DNA from: Eledone cirrhosa
Taxonomy: Eukaryota
Assembly (NCBI GenBank): GCA_964016885.1
Contig: OZ024741.1
Span: 13,826,001-13,890,000, forward strand
Direction: 5' to 3'
Length of the DNA: 64,000 nt
Positions 24,701-41,300 of this stretch are shown here, one piece after another. The notes under the pieces are model-generated. The model was not told where the DNA came from. It made no database searches and saw only the letters and a list, made by a program, of their open reading frames with translations. Positions within the stretch are counted from its first letter, which is position 1, and each line of letters opens with the position of its first letter. Position numbers and translations under genes: made by a program.

Positions 24701-27700
24701 CAGGGGTATATCATATATATGGTAGATGGGACTCATACAGGGGTATATCATATATATGGTAGGTGTGACTTATACAGGGGTCTATAATATATATGGTAGA
24801 TGTGACAGATACAGGGGTAAATCATATACATGGTAGATGTGACTTATACAGGGGCATATCATATATATGGTAGAGGTGACTTATACAGGAGTATATCATA
24901 TATATAGTAGATGTGACTTATACATGGGTATATATATATATATATATATGGTAGGTGTGACTTATACAGAGGTATATCATATATATGGTAGAGGTGACTT
25001 ATACAGGGGTATATCATATATATGGTAGATGTGACTTATACTGAGGTATATCATATATATGGTAGATGTGACTTATACAGGGGTATATCATATATATGGT
25101 AGGTGTGACTCATACAGGGGTATATCATATATATGGTAGGTGTGACTTATACAGTGGTATATATATATATATGGTAGAGGTGACTTATACAGGGGTATAT
25201 CATATATATGGTAGATGTGACTTATACAGGGGTATATCATATATATGGTAGGTGTGACTCATACAGTGGTATATCATATATATGGTAGATGTGACTTATA
25301 CAGTGGTATATCATATATATGGTAGGTGTGACTTATACAGTGGTATATCATATATATGGTAGATGCGACTTATACTGAGATGTATATATATATATATATG
25401 ATAGGTGGGACTTATACAGGGGTATATCATAAAAATGGTAGATTTCACTTATACAGGGGTATATCATATATATGGTAGATGTCACTTATACAGGGGTATA
25501 TCATATATATGGTAGATGTGACTTATACAGAGGTATATCATATATATGGTAGGTGTAACTTATACAGGGGTATATCATATATATGGTAGATGTGACTTAT
25601 ACAGGGCTATATCATATATATGGTAGATGTTACTCATACAGGGGTATATCATATATATGGTAGGTGTGACTTATAGAGGGGTATATCATATATATGGTAG
25701 GTGTGACTTATACAGGGGTATATTATATATATGGTAGGTGTGACTTATACAGGGGTCTATAATATATATGGTAGATGTGACAGATACTTCGGTATATCAT
25801 ATACATGGTAGATATGACTTATACAGTGGCATATCATATATATAATAGAGGTGACTTATACAGGAGTATATCATATATATGGTAGATGTGACTTATACAG
25901 GGGTATATCATATATATAATAGAGGTGACTTATACAGGAGTATATCATATATATGGTAGATGTGACTTATACAGGGGTATATCATATATATGCTAGATGT
26001 CACTTATACGTGTATATCATATATGTGGTAGGTGTGACTTATACAGCGGTATATCATATATATGGTAGGTGTGACTTATACATCGGTATATCATATATAT
26101 GGTAGGTGTGACTTATACAGAGATATATCATATATATGGTTGATGTGACTTATACATCGGTATATCATATATATGGTAGGTGTGACTTATACAGGGGTAT
26201 ATCATATATATAGTAGGTGTGACTTATACAGAGATATATCATATATATGGTTGATGTCACTTATACAGGGGTATATCATATATATGGTAGGTGTGACTCA
26301 TACAGCGGTATATCATATATATGGTAGATGTGACACATACAGGGGTATATCATATATATGGTAGATGTGACTTATACAGGGGTATATCATATATATGGTA
26401 GGCGTGACTCATACAGGGGTATATCATATATATGGTAGATGTGACTTATACAGTGGTATATCATATATATGGTAGGTGTGACTTATACAGTGGTATATAT
26501 ATATATATATGGTAGAGGTGACTTATACAGGGGTATATATTATATATGGTAGATGTGACTTATACTGAGGTATATCATATATATGGTAGATGTGACTTAT
26601 ACAGGGGTATATCATATATATGGTAGATGCGACTTATACTGAGATGTATATATATATATATGATAGGTGGGACTTATACAGGGGTATATCATAAAAATGG
26701 TAGATTTCACTTATACAGTGGTATATCATATATATGGTAGATGATGTCACTTATACAGGGGTATATCATATATATGGTAGGTGTGACTCATACAGCGGTA
26801 TATCATATATATGGTAGATGTGACACATACAGGGGTATATCATATATATGGTAGATGTGACTTATACAGTGGTATATCATGTATATGGTAGGTGTGACTT
26901 ATACAGGGGTATATCATATATATGGTAGATGTGACTCATACAGTGGTATATCATATATATGGTAGGTGTAACTTATACAGGGGTATATCATGTATATGGT
27001 AGGTGTGACTTATACAGGGGTATATCATATATATGGTAGATGTGACATATACAGGGGTATATCATATATATGGTAGGTGTGACTCATACAGGGGTATATC
27101 ATATATATGGTAGATGTGACTTATACAGGGTATATCATGTATATGGTAGGTGTGACTTATACAGGGGTATATCATATATATGGTAGCTGTGACTTATAGA
27201 GGGGTATATCATATATATGGTAGATGTGACTTATAGAGGGGTATATCATATATATGGTAGGTGTGTCTTATACAGGGGTATATCATATATATGGTAGATG
27301 TCACTTATACAGAAGTATATCATATATATATGGTAGATGTCACTTATACAGGGGTATATCATATATGGTAGATGTCACTCATACAGGGGTATATCATGTA
27401 TATGGTAGAGGTGACATATACAGGGGTATATCATATATACGGTAAGTGTGACTTATAGAGGGGTATATCATATATATGGTAGAGATGACTTATACAGAGG
27501 TATATCATATATATGGTAGAGCTGACTTATACAGAGGTATATCATATATATGGTAGATGGGACTCATACAGGGGTATATCATATATATGGTAGGTGTGAC
27601 TTATAGAGGGGTATATCATATATATGGTAGAGCTGACTTATACAGGGTTATATCATATATATGGTAGATGGGACTCATACAGGGGTATATCATATATATG

Positions 27701-30700
27701 GTAGGTGTGACTTATACAGGGGTCTATAATATATATGGTAGATGTGACAGATACAGGGGTAAATCATATACATGGTAGATGTGACTTATACAGGGGCATA
27801 TCATATATATGGTAGATGTCACTTATACAGGGGTATATCATATATATGGTAGATGTGACTTATACAGAGGTATATCATATATATGGTAGGTGTAACTTAT
27901 ACAGGGGTATATCATATATATGGTAGATGTGACTTATACAGGGCTATATCATATATATGGTAGATGTTACTCATACAGGGGTATATCATATATATGGTAG
28001 GTGTGACTTATAGAGGGGTATATCATATATATGGTAGGTGTGACTTATACAGGGGTATATTATATATATGGTAGGTGTGACTTATACAGGGGTCTATAAT
28101 ATATATGGTAGATGTGACAGATACTTCGGTATATCATATACATGGTAGATATGACTTATACAGTGGCATATCATATATATAATAGAGGTGACTTATACAG
28201 GAGTATATCATATATATGGTAGATGTGACTTATACAGGGGTATATCATATATATAATAGAGGTGACTTATACAGGAGTATATCATATATATGGTAGATGT
28301 GACTTATACAGGGGTATATCATATATATGCTAGATGTCACTTATACGTGTATATCATATATGTGGTAGGTGTGACTTATACAGCGGTATATCATATATAT
28401 GGTAGGTGTGACTTATACATCGGTATATCATATATATGGTAGGTGTGACTTATACAGAGATATATCATATATATGGTTGATGTGACTTATACATCGGTAT
28501 ATCATATATATGGTAGGTGTGACTTATACAGGGGTATATCATATATATAGTAGGTGTGACTTATACAGAGATATATCATATATATGGTTGATGTCACTTA
28601 TACAGGGGTATATCATATATATGGTAGGTGTGACTCATACAGCGGTATATCATATATATGGTAGATGTGACACATACAGGGGTATATCATATATATGGTA
28701 GATGTGACTTATACAGGGGTATATCATATATATGGTAGGCGTGACTCATACAGGGGTATATCATATATATGGTAGATGTGACTTATACAGTGGTATATCA
28801 TATATATGGTAGGTGTGACTTATACAGTGGTATATATATATATATATGGTAGAGGTGACTTATACAGGGGTATATATTATATATGGTAGATGTGACTTAT
28901 ACTGAGGTATATCATATATATGGTAGATGTGACTTATACAGGGGTATATCATATATATGGTAGATGCGACTTATACTGAGATGTATATATATATATATGA
29001 TAGGTGGGACTTATACAGGGGTATATCATAAAAATGGTAGATTTCACTTATACAGTGGTATATCATATATATGGTAGATGATGTCACTTATACAGGGGTA
29101 TATCATATATATGGTAGGTGTGACTCATACAGCGGTATATCATATATATGGTAGATGTGACACATACAGGGGTATATCATATATATGGTAGATGTGACTT
29201 ATACAGTGGTATATCATGTATATGGTAGGTGTGACTTATACAGGGGTATATCATATATATGGTAGATGTGACTCATACAGTGGTATATCATATATATGGT
29301 AGGTGTAACTTATACAGGGGTATATCATGTATATGGTAGGTGTGACTTATACAGGGGTATATCATATATATGGTAGATGTGACATATACAGGGGTATATC
29401 ATATATATGGTAGGTGTGACTCATACAGGGGTATATCATATATATGGTAGATGTGACTTATACAGGGTATATCATGTATATGGTAGGTGTGACTTATACA
29501 GGGGTATATCATATATATGGTAGCTGTGACTTATAGAGGGGTATATCATATATATGGTAGATGTGACTTATAGAGGGGTATATCATATATATGGTAGGTG
29601 TGTCTTATACAGGGGTATATCATATATATGGTAGATGTCACTTATACAGAAGTATATCATATATATATGGTAGATGTCACTTATACAGGGGTATATCATA
29701 TATGGTAGATGTCACTCATACAGGGGTATATCATGTATATGGTAGAGGTGACATATACAGGGGTATATCATATATATGGTAAGTGTGACTTATAGAGGGG
29801 TATATCATATATATGGTAGAGATGACTTATACAGAGGTATATCATATATATGGTAGAGCTGACTTATACAGAGGTATATCATATATATGGTAGATGGGAC
29901 TCATACAGGGGTATATCATATATATGGTAGGTGTGACTTATAGAGGGGTATATCATATATATGGTAGAGCTGACTTATACAGGGTTATATCATATATATG
30001 GTAGATGGGACTCATACAGGGGTATATCATATATATGGTAGGTGTGACTTATACAGGGGTCTATAATATATATGGTAGATGTGACAGATACAGGGGTAAA
30101 TCATATACATGGTAGATGTGACTTATACAGGGGCATATCATATATATGGTAGAGGTGACTTATACAGGAGTATATCATATATATAGTAGATGTGACTTAT
30201 ACATGGGTATATATATATATATATATATATGGTAGGTGTGACTTATACAGGGGTATATCATATATATGGTAGAGGTGACTTTTACAGGTGTATATCATAT
30301 ATATGGTAGATGTCACTTATACAGGGGTATATCATATATATGGTAGATGTGACTTATACTGAGGTATATCATATATATGGTAGATGTGACTTATACAGGG
30401 GTATATCATATATATGGTAGGTGTGACTCATACAGGGGTATATCATATATATGGTAGGTGTGACTTATACAGTGGTATATATATATATATGGTAGAGGTG
30501 ACTTATACAGGGGTATATCATATATATGGTAGATGTGACTTATACAGGGGTATATCATATATATGGTAGGTGTGACTCATACAGTGGTATATCATATATA
30601 TGGTAGATGTGACTTATACAGTGGTATATCATATATATGGTAGGTGTGACTTATACAGTGGTATATCATATATATGGTAGATGCGACTTATACTGAGATG

Positions 30701-33700
30701 TATATATATATATATATGATAGGTGGGACTTATACAGGGGTATATCATAAAAATGGTAGATTTCACTTATACAGGGGTATATCATATATATGGTAGATGT
30801 CACTTATACAGGGGTATATCATATATATGGTAGATGTGACTTATACAGAGGTATATCATATATATGGTAGGTGTAACTTATACAGGGGTATATCATATAT
30901 ATGGTAGATGTGACTTATACAGGGCTATATCATATATATGGTAGATGTTACTCATACAGGGGTATATCATATATATGGTAGGTGTGACTTATAGAGGGGT
31001 ATATCATATATATGGTAGGTGTGACTTATACAGGGGTATATTATATATATGGTAGGTGTGACTTATACAGGGGTCTATAATATATATGGTAGATGTGACA
31101 GATACTTCGGTATATCATATACATGGTAGATATGACTTATGCAGTGGCATATCATATATATAATAGAGGTGACTTATACAGGAGTATATCATATATATGG
31201 TAGATGTGACTTATACAGGGGTATATCATATATATAATAGAGGTGACTTATACAGGAGTATATCATATATATGGTAGATGTGACTTATACAGGGGTATAT
31301 CATATATATGCTAGATGTCACTTATACGTGTATATCATATATGTGGTAGGTGTGACTTATACAGCGGTATATTATATATATGGTAGGTGTGACTTATACA
31401 TCGGTATATCATATATATGGTAGGTGTGACTTATACAGAGATATATCATATATATGGTTGATGTGACTTATACATCGGTATATCATATATATGGTAGGTG
31501 TGACTTATACAGGGGTATATCATATATATAGTAGGTGTGACTTATACAGAGATATATCATATATATGGTTGATGTCACTTATACAGGGGTATATCATATA
31601 TATGGTAGGTGTGACTCATACAGCGGTATATCATATATATGGTAGATGTGACACATACAGGGGTATATCATATATATGGTAGATGTGACTTATACAGGGG
31701 TATATCATATATATGGTAGGTGTGACTCATACAGTGGTATATCATATATATGGTAGATGTGACTTATACAGTGGTATATCATATATATGGTAGGTGTGAC
31801 TTATACAGTGGTATATATATATATATATATGGTAGAGGTGACTTATACAGGGGTATATATTATATATGGTAGATGTGACTTATACTGAGGTATATCATAT
31901 ATATGGTAGATGTGACTTATACAGGGGTATATCATATATATGGTAGATGCGACTTATACTGAGATGTATATATATATATATGATAGGTGGGACTTATACA
32001 GGGGTATATCATAAAAATGGTAGATTTCACTTATACAGTGGTATATCATATATATGGTAGATGATGTCACTTATACAGGGGTATATCATATATATGGTAG
32101 GTGTGACTCATACAGCGGTATATCATATATATGGTAGATGTGACACATACAGGGGTATATCATATATATGGTAGATGTGACTTATACAGTGGTATATCAT
32201 GTATATGGTAGGTGTGACTTATACAGGGGTATATCATATATATGGTAGATGTGACTTATACAGTGGTATATCATATATATGGTAGGTGTAACTTATACAG
32301 GGGTATATCATGTATATGGTAGGTGTGACTTATACAGGGGTATATCATATATATGGTAGATGTGACATATACAGGGGTATATCATATATATGGTAGGTGT
32401 GACTCATACAGGGGTATATCATATATATGGTAGATGTGACTTATACAGGGTATATCATGTATATGGTAGGTGTGACTTATACAGGGGTATATCATATATA
32501 CGGTAGATGTGACTTATACAAGGGTATATCAAATATATGGTAGATGTGACTTATACAGGGGTATATCATATATATGGTAGCTGTGACTTATAGAGGGGTA
32601 TATCATATATATGGTAGATGTGACTTATAGAGGGGTATATCATATATATGGTAGGTGTGTCTTATACAGGGGTATATCATATATATGGTAGATGTCACTT
32701 ATACAGGAGTATATCATATATATATGGTAGATGTCACTTATACAGGGGTATATCATATATGGTAGATGTCACTCATACAGGGGTATATCATGTATATGGT
32801 AGAGGTGACATATACAGGGGTATATCATATATACGGTAACTGTGACTTATAGAGGGGTATATCATATATATGTTAGAGATGACTTATACAGAGGTATATC
32901 ATATATATGGTAGAGCTGACTTATACAGAGGTATATCATATATATGGTAGATGGGACTCATACAGGGGTATATCATATATATGGTAGGTGTGACTTATAG
33001 AGGGGTATATCATATATATGGTAGAGCTGACTTATACAGGGTTATATCATATATATGGTAGATGGGACTCATACAGGGGTATAGCATATATATGGTAGGT
33101 GTGACTTATACAGGGGTCTATAATATATATGGTAGATGTGACAGATACAGGGGTAAATCATATACATGGTAGATGTGACTTATACAGGGGCATATCATAT
33201 ATATGGTAGAGGTGACTTATACAGGAGTATATCATATATATAGTAGATGTGACTTATACATGGGTATATATATATATATATATATATATGGTAGGTGTGA
33301 CTTATACAGGGGTATATCATATATATGTTAGATGTGACATATACAGGGGTATATCATATATATGGTAGGTGTGACTTATACAGGGGTATATCATATATAT
33401 GGTAGATGTGACATATACAGGGGTATATCATATATATGGTAGAGGTGACTCATACAGGGGTATATCTTATATATGGTAGATGTGACATATACAGAGGTAT
33501 ATCATATATATGGTAGGTGTGACTTATACAGGGGTATATCTTATATATGGTAGATGTGACATATACAGGGGTATATCATATATATGGTAGGTGTGACTTA
33601 TACAGGGTTATATCATATATATGGTAGATGTGACATATACAGGGGTATATCATATATATGGTAGAGGTGACTCATACAGGGGTATATCATATATATGGTA

Positions 33701-34395
33701 GGTGTGACTTATACAGTGGTATATCATATATATGGTAGATGTGACATATACAGGGGTATATCATATATATATGGTAGAAGTGACTCATACAGGGGTATAT
33801 CATATATATGGTAGAAGTGATATATACAGGGGTATATCATATATATGGTAGGTGTGACTTATACAGGGGTATATCATATATATGGTAGGTGTGACTTATA
33901 CAGGGGTATATCATATATATGGTAGATGTGACTTATACAGGGGTATATCATATATATGGTAGGTGTGACTTATACAGGTGTATATCATATATATTGTAGA
34001 TGTGACTTATACAGGGGTATATCATATATATGGTAGATGTGACTTATACAGGGGTATATCATATATATGGTAGGTGTGACTTATACAGGGGTATATCTCA
34101 TATATGGTAGGTGTGACTTATACAGGGGTATATCATATATATGGTAGATGTGACTTATACATGAGTATATATATATATGGTAGGTGTGACTTATACATGA
34201 GTATATATATATATTTGGTAGGTGTGACTTATACAGGGGTATATCTTATATATGGTAGGTGTGACTTATACAGGGGTATATCATATATTTGATAGATTTC
34301 ACTCATACAGGCGTATATCATATATATGGTAGAGGTGACATATACAGGGGTATATCATATATATGGTAGAGGTGACTTATACCGGGGTATATCAT
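18705..34395. repeat. 37-bp satellite array (~15.7 kb, roughly 420 monomers) with higher-order repeats
   Basis: Consensus GGTAG(A/G)TGTGACTTATACAGGGGTATATCATATATAT; diagnostic variants recur in the same order. Confidence 0.97.
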
Positions 34396-35245
34396 CACCA
34401 TCATCATCGTTTAACGTCTATCTTCCACGCTAGCATGGGTTTAGACGGGAATTTGTCCCACTTGGAGCAAGATTGGTCAGGTGACTGTATCTCGCTCGTA
34501 TAGGACTGTCTCTGGCAGATTTTCTACGGCTGGATGCCCTTCCTAACACGAATCACATTTACTGTGTGGACTGGGATGTTTTTACTGTGTTACCTACACG
34601 GCCACATTATAGCATGGATTGTGTGTTTTTTGTTGTGACACCTACATGACCTCGATCTCATTATCTCATTAATTTGAAGTAGATGTTGTGGTACCGACTT
34701 TACAGAGCAAGGGTAGTGTTGGTGGGAGGATGGAGTAAGGGTAGAGGGTTGGGGTGTAAATTTGGTGAAGAGGTGCCTACTGACTGTAGGTTTCACTTTG
34801 TACATAGTTAAGGTTGGTCTTCTGTATTACTGCGTAGCGCCAAAGATCTCAGTCCAGTGACATTGTCTTAGAGAGGTGTAAGTGTGTAAGGTCGGAATTT
34901 ATCAGATCATCCCAGGTTTTTCTGGATCTACCTACTCCGTAACTACCATCAATTTTGATCACCCTGCACTTTTTTATACAGCTGTCCTCTTTCATGCGCA
35001 TCACGTGACCATACCAACATAGTCTTCTCTCGAGTAACAGCATCTGATCCTCTTATTCCTAATTTCTCACTTAGTTCATTTATGATTTGTAGTTCATGTA
35101 TATTACTATTACACATCCAATGGAGCATGCAAGCTTCGTTCTTTTCCAGTCTGCGCAGATCCTCTGCACACAATGCCCATGTCTCATCACTGCCATGTAA
35201 CATTGCTGTTCGTATGCAGGCATCATACAATCTGCCTTTCATTTA
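34395..35245 (-). mobile_element. 5'-truncated RTE LINE (subfamily B)
   Basis: MKGRLYDACIRTAMLHGS and RRLCWYGHVMR; homologous to 5440-6260. Confidence 0.85.
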
Positions 35246-35504
35246 TATATATATATATATATATATGTGTTATGTATGACTTATACAGGGGTATATATAT
35301 ATATATATATATACATATTAGACAGAAACGATCGTCCAGGAGAGAGATATTTAGACCAATCTCCACCTAAACTCAGCCAACTGTCTACAGTAAACTAAAT
35401 GTATGTACTCTGAACAGTTGATTACAGCAGCATAACTGCATTGAGTGAGCTAGATGATGACTGGAGGATGCTGTATTTATACCAGCGATCTTCGTTACTT
35501 TTGT

Positions 35505-35535
<31 letters not shown>

Positions 35536-35562
35536 TATGTAATAAACAGCATAAGACAATTA

Positions 35563-35635
35563 TTCCATTTACCAAAGGTTTCATGAAGACAGACGAGCTC
35601 AACAGAGATGTTTGAAATCACTCATCAGAATGGAA
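35563..35635 (-). ncRNA. Type I hammerhead ribozyme (mirror copy)
   Basis: Minus strand reads TTCCATT-CTGATGA-GTGA...TCAT-GAAA-CCTTTGGT-A-AATGGAA, with a perfect 7-bp stem I. Confidence 0.65.
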
Positions 35636-35735
35636 ATTTAATATGGATGTAAGATATGAATTTAAAAAGAAGGGCTATTGCAATTGAAAGCAAGGCTGAT
35701 ATATAATAAATTCATATCGTACGGCCATATTAAAC

Positions 35736-35808
35736 TTTCATTCTGATGAGCGATTTCAGACGTCTCTGTTGAGCTCGTCTGTCTTCGTGAAACCTTTGGT
35801 AAATGGAA
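35736..35808 (+). ncRNA. Type I hammerhead ribozyme
   Basis: Stem I TTTCATT/AATGGAA, CTGATGA at 35743-35749, long stem II GCGA..CAGACG/CGTCTG..TCGT, GAAA at 35789-35792, stem III ACC-TTT-GGT, predicted GUA cleavage after 35801. Confidence 0.7.
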
Positions 35809-35901
35809 TAATTGTCTTATGCTGTTTATTACATAACTAAATAGCTCTGTAGCATACATAGAGCACTCTCCTTTCCTTTACCCTTCCTACGAAAATACTG
35901 C

Positions 35902-36622
35902 ATCATCATCATCATCATCATCACCGTTTTACGTCCGTTCTTCCACGCTAGCATGGGTTAGACGGGTTGTCCTGTTGTGGGCAGTGTCTGGTCGGCTGAC
36001 CATGCCTTGCTCATACAGGAACTGATTTGGCTTGATTTCTACAGCTGGATGCCCTTCCTAACACCAACCTCATTTACAGTGAGTGCTGGGTGCTTTTTCG
36101 TGGCGCCTACACGTCCACTTTACAGTGTGGGCTGGGTGCTTTTTTGCCGTGGCACCTCCACGACCACCTTGCGGTGGGGGGTGTGGGGGCATATTGTCTA
36201 TATGCTTCAGCTTGTACCCATGGGAGGTCGGGTACTCTGTATTACTGCGTGACGCCAGAAGTCACGGTCGTGTGCCATTGTCTTTGAGAGGTGTAGTTGG
36301 GTAAGGTCGGCTTTTATCACCTCATCCCAGGTCATCTTGGGTCTCCCCACTCCGCGGTTTCCATCAACTTCTAGTGCTCTGCACCTTTTTATGCAGCTGT
36401 CATCCTTCATCCGCATCACATGTCCATACCAGCGCAACCACCTCCCCTGCACGCAGCATTTGATTCCTCTTATGCTCAGTCTCTCTCTCAATTCATTTAT
36501 GCTTTGTCGTTCACGTATATTACTGTTACACATCCATCGGAGCATGCAGGCTTTGTTTCTCTCTAATCTACGTAAGTCTTCCACCTTCAGCGCCCAGGTC
36601 TCACTACCATGCAACATTGCTA
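35902..36622 (-). mobile_element. 5'-truncated RTE LINE (subfamily A)
   Basis: AMLHGSETW, LRWYGHVMRM and GRPKMTWDEVIKADL; (GAT)n tail. Confidence 0.9.
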
Positions 36623-36741
36623 TATATATATATATATTAACAAAGGGATATTTAATTTGTTGGTAATTCAACAAATATATTAACAGATTTGAAGCACTCG
36701 ACAAGTTTTCTGGAGTATAATATCATTGGTATATATATATA

Positions 36742-37404
36742 TCATCATCATCATCATCATCAACGTTTAACGTCCGTGTTCCACGCTTGCATGGGTTTGG
36801 ACGGGGGTAGTCCCACTTGAGGCAAGAGTGATTGTCTTGCTCGCATAGGACTGTCTGGCAGGTTTTCTACAGTTGGATGCCCTTCCTAACACCAACCACA
36901 TTTACAGTGTGGGTCTGGGAGGTTTTTACCGTGTTGCCTACACGGCCACATTACAGCGTGGACTGTGTGTTTTTTTGTCGTGACACCTACACGATCTCGT
37001 TTGTTTCGGCCTGGATGGCGCGGCACCAACATAACTTTACATGGAACGGGGTGGTGTGGATGGGGTGGGGGCGGTGGCGGGACGGGGTGTAGTTTGTTAG
37101 AGATGCCTACTGGCAAGGCGGGTCTTCTCTGTTACTGAGTACCGCCAAAGGTCACGGTCCAGTGACATTGTCTTGGAGAGGTGTAAGTGTGTGGGGTCGG
37201 AGTTTATCAGCTCATCCCATGTTTTTCTAGGTCTGCCTATTCCGTGGCTACCGTCTATCTTTATTGCCCTGCACTTTGTAATACAGCTATCGACTTTCAT
37301 GCGCATCACGTGTCCATACCAACGCAGCCTTCTCTCGAGTAAACAACATCTGATCCCTCTTATCTCTAATTTTTTCCTTAGTTCGTTTATGCTTTGCCGT
37401 TCAC

Positions 37405-37408
<4 letters not shown>
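36742..37408 (-). mobile_element. 5'-truncated RTE LINE (subfamily B)
   Basis: ERRLRWYGHVMRM and GRPRKTWDELI; (GAT)n tail. Confidence 0.9.
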
Positions 37409-37433
<25 letters not shown>

Positions 37434-37441
<8 letters not shown>

Positions 37442-37536
37442 ATAAGAAACGGAGAATCAGTGGTGCTACGAATTAAAATTTATTTGACATATTTTAATTT
37501 GTCGCACCAGTGATTCTCCATTTCTTATGTGATATA
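37434..37536. repeat. Foldback (~46-bp arms) followed by a GAGTGCTC-containing tail
   Basis: tatatcacataagaaacggagaatca.tggtgc...gcacca.tgattctccatttcttatgtgatata. Confidence 0.8.
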
Positions 37537-37885
37537 ATACACTGCTCTGTAAGAGCATCGAGTGCTCAAACGGCCTACCGCTTACGGATGCTTTAAGCAT
37601 CCCACACCAATTATATATATATATGGTGTATACTGGATCACTAATATAGCCAAACTTCTTCCACTCCATTCTGACCTAGACTGACAGCTTAAAATAAAAG
37701 ATCTCTATTGATGGCTTCTACCTCTGATCTCATGGGGGAACTGGTTGTCCCCCTTGCTTCTGCTGGACATCACCAGACGGCGTTAGCCCCCCCCCCCCCC
37801 GGTGTTTGCATAGCTACGGCTTCCTAAAACTGTATTTCTTTGGAGATACAAAAAATATTAATATATATATATATATGTATATATA

Positions 37886-38482
37886 TCATCATCATCATCA
37901 TCATTTCATTTTACGTCCGCTTTTTCCCTGCTTGCAAGGGTGGGACGGGAACTGATGCTGGCTTGATTACTACAGCTGGATGCCTTTCCTAACACCAACC
38001 TCATTTACAGTGAGTGCTGGGTGCTTTTTTGCCATGGCACCTCCACGACCACTTTGCAGTGGAATGATAGGGACCCCAGTCCCTATCATCTCATTTCTAC
38101 AGCTGAGTAAACTGGAGCAATGTAAAATAAAGTGTCTTGCTCAAGGAAACAACACATCACCTGGTCTGACAACACATCACCTGGTCTGATATATATATAT
38201 ATATAATTCTCAGACCGGGTGATGTGTTGTTTCCTTGAGCAAGACTCTTTATTTCACATTTTACTCAGCTGTAGAAATGAGATGATAGGGACTGGGGTAC
38301 CTATCATTCCACTGCAAAGTGGTCGTGGAGGTGCCCCGGCAAAAAAGCACCCAGCACTCACTGTAAATGAGGTTGGTGTTAGGAAGGGCATCCAGCTGTA
38401 GAAATCAAGCCCGAATCAGTTCCCGTCCCACCCTTGCAAGCAGGGAAAAGCGGATGTAAAATGATGATGATGATGATGATGA
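37886..38482. mobile_element. Head-to-head inverted pair of 5'-truncated CORE-type SINEs
   Basis: 37886-38170 (-) and 38205-38482 (+) are near reverse complements, separated by (TA)n. Confidence 0.85.
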
Positions 38483-38969
38483 TATATATATATAGAAAGA
38501 GAGAGAGAGAGAGATACAAAATGATGTGTCTTTCTCTCACTGTCTCTCTATATAAGTTGAGATAATTAGATAGATAGATACATGGAATGAATGATAGATA
38601 GATAGAGAGATAAATAAACACACACACACTCACACACACACACACACTCACACACACACACACAAACACACTCACACACACAAACACACACACACACACT
38701 CACACACAAACACACACACACAAACACTCACACACATAGAATGTGTGAAGCTATCAGTCTTTATAGAGGCTAAATGGAAGAGTTATCTAGTTTATGACAT
38801 TAGCCAGGTAGTGATAGAAGAGAGGCTTTTCTCTTACATTCTCACCTGACTTCTTATTCACTTTTTGTGGCAGTTGTCATAGTTTATGTCCTCTAACTCT
38901 TTCACTTCTTTTTTATATTATTATTTACTCCCCTACACCCACTACTACCAGCCACCCTACCCCCCTAAC

Positions 38970-41300
<2,331 letters not shown>

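Larger units (their letters stand above)
35536..35835. repeat. Foldback with ~110-bp arms, each containing a hammerhead ribozyme
   Basis: 35536-35646 is the reverse complement of 35725-35835 with a few transitions. Confidence 0.9.

Noticed and set aside
18705-34395. CRISPR-like 37-bp repeat array
   Set aside because: Monomers are contiguous with no unique spacers, there are no cas genes, and the context is eukaryotic.
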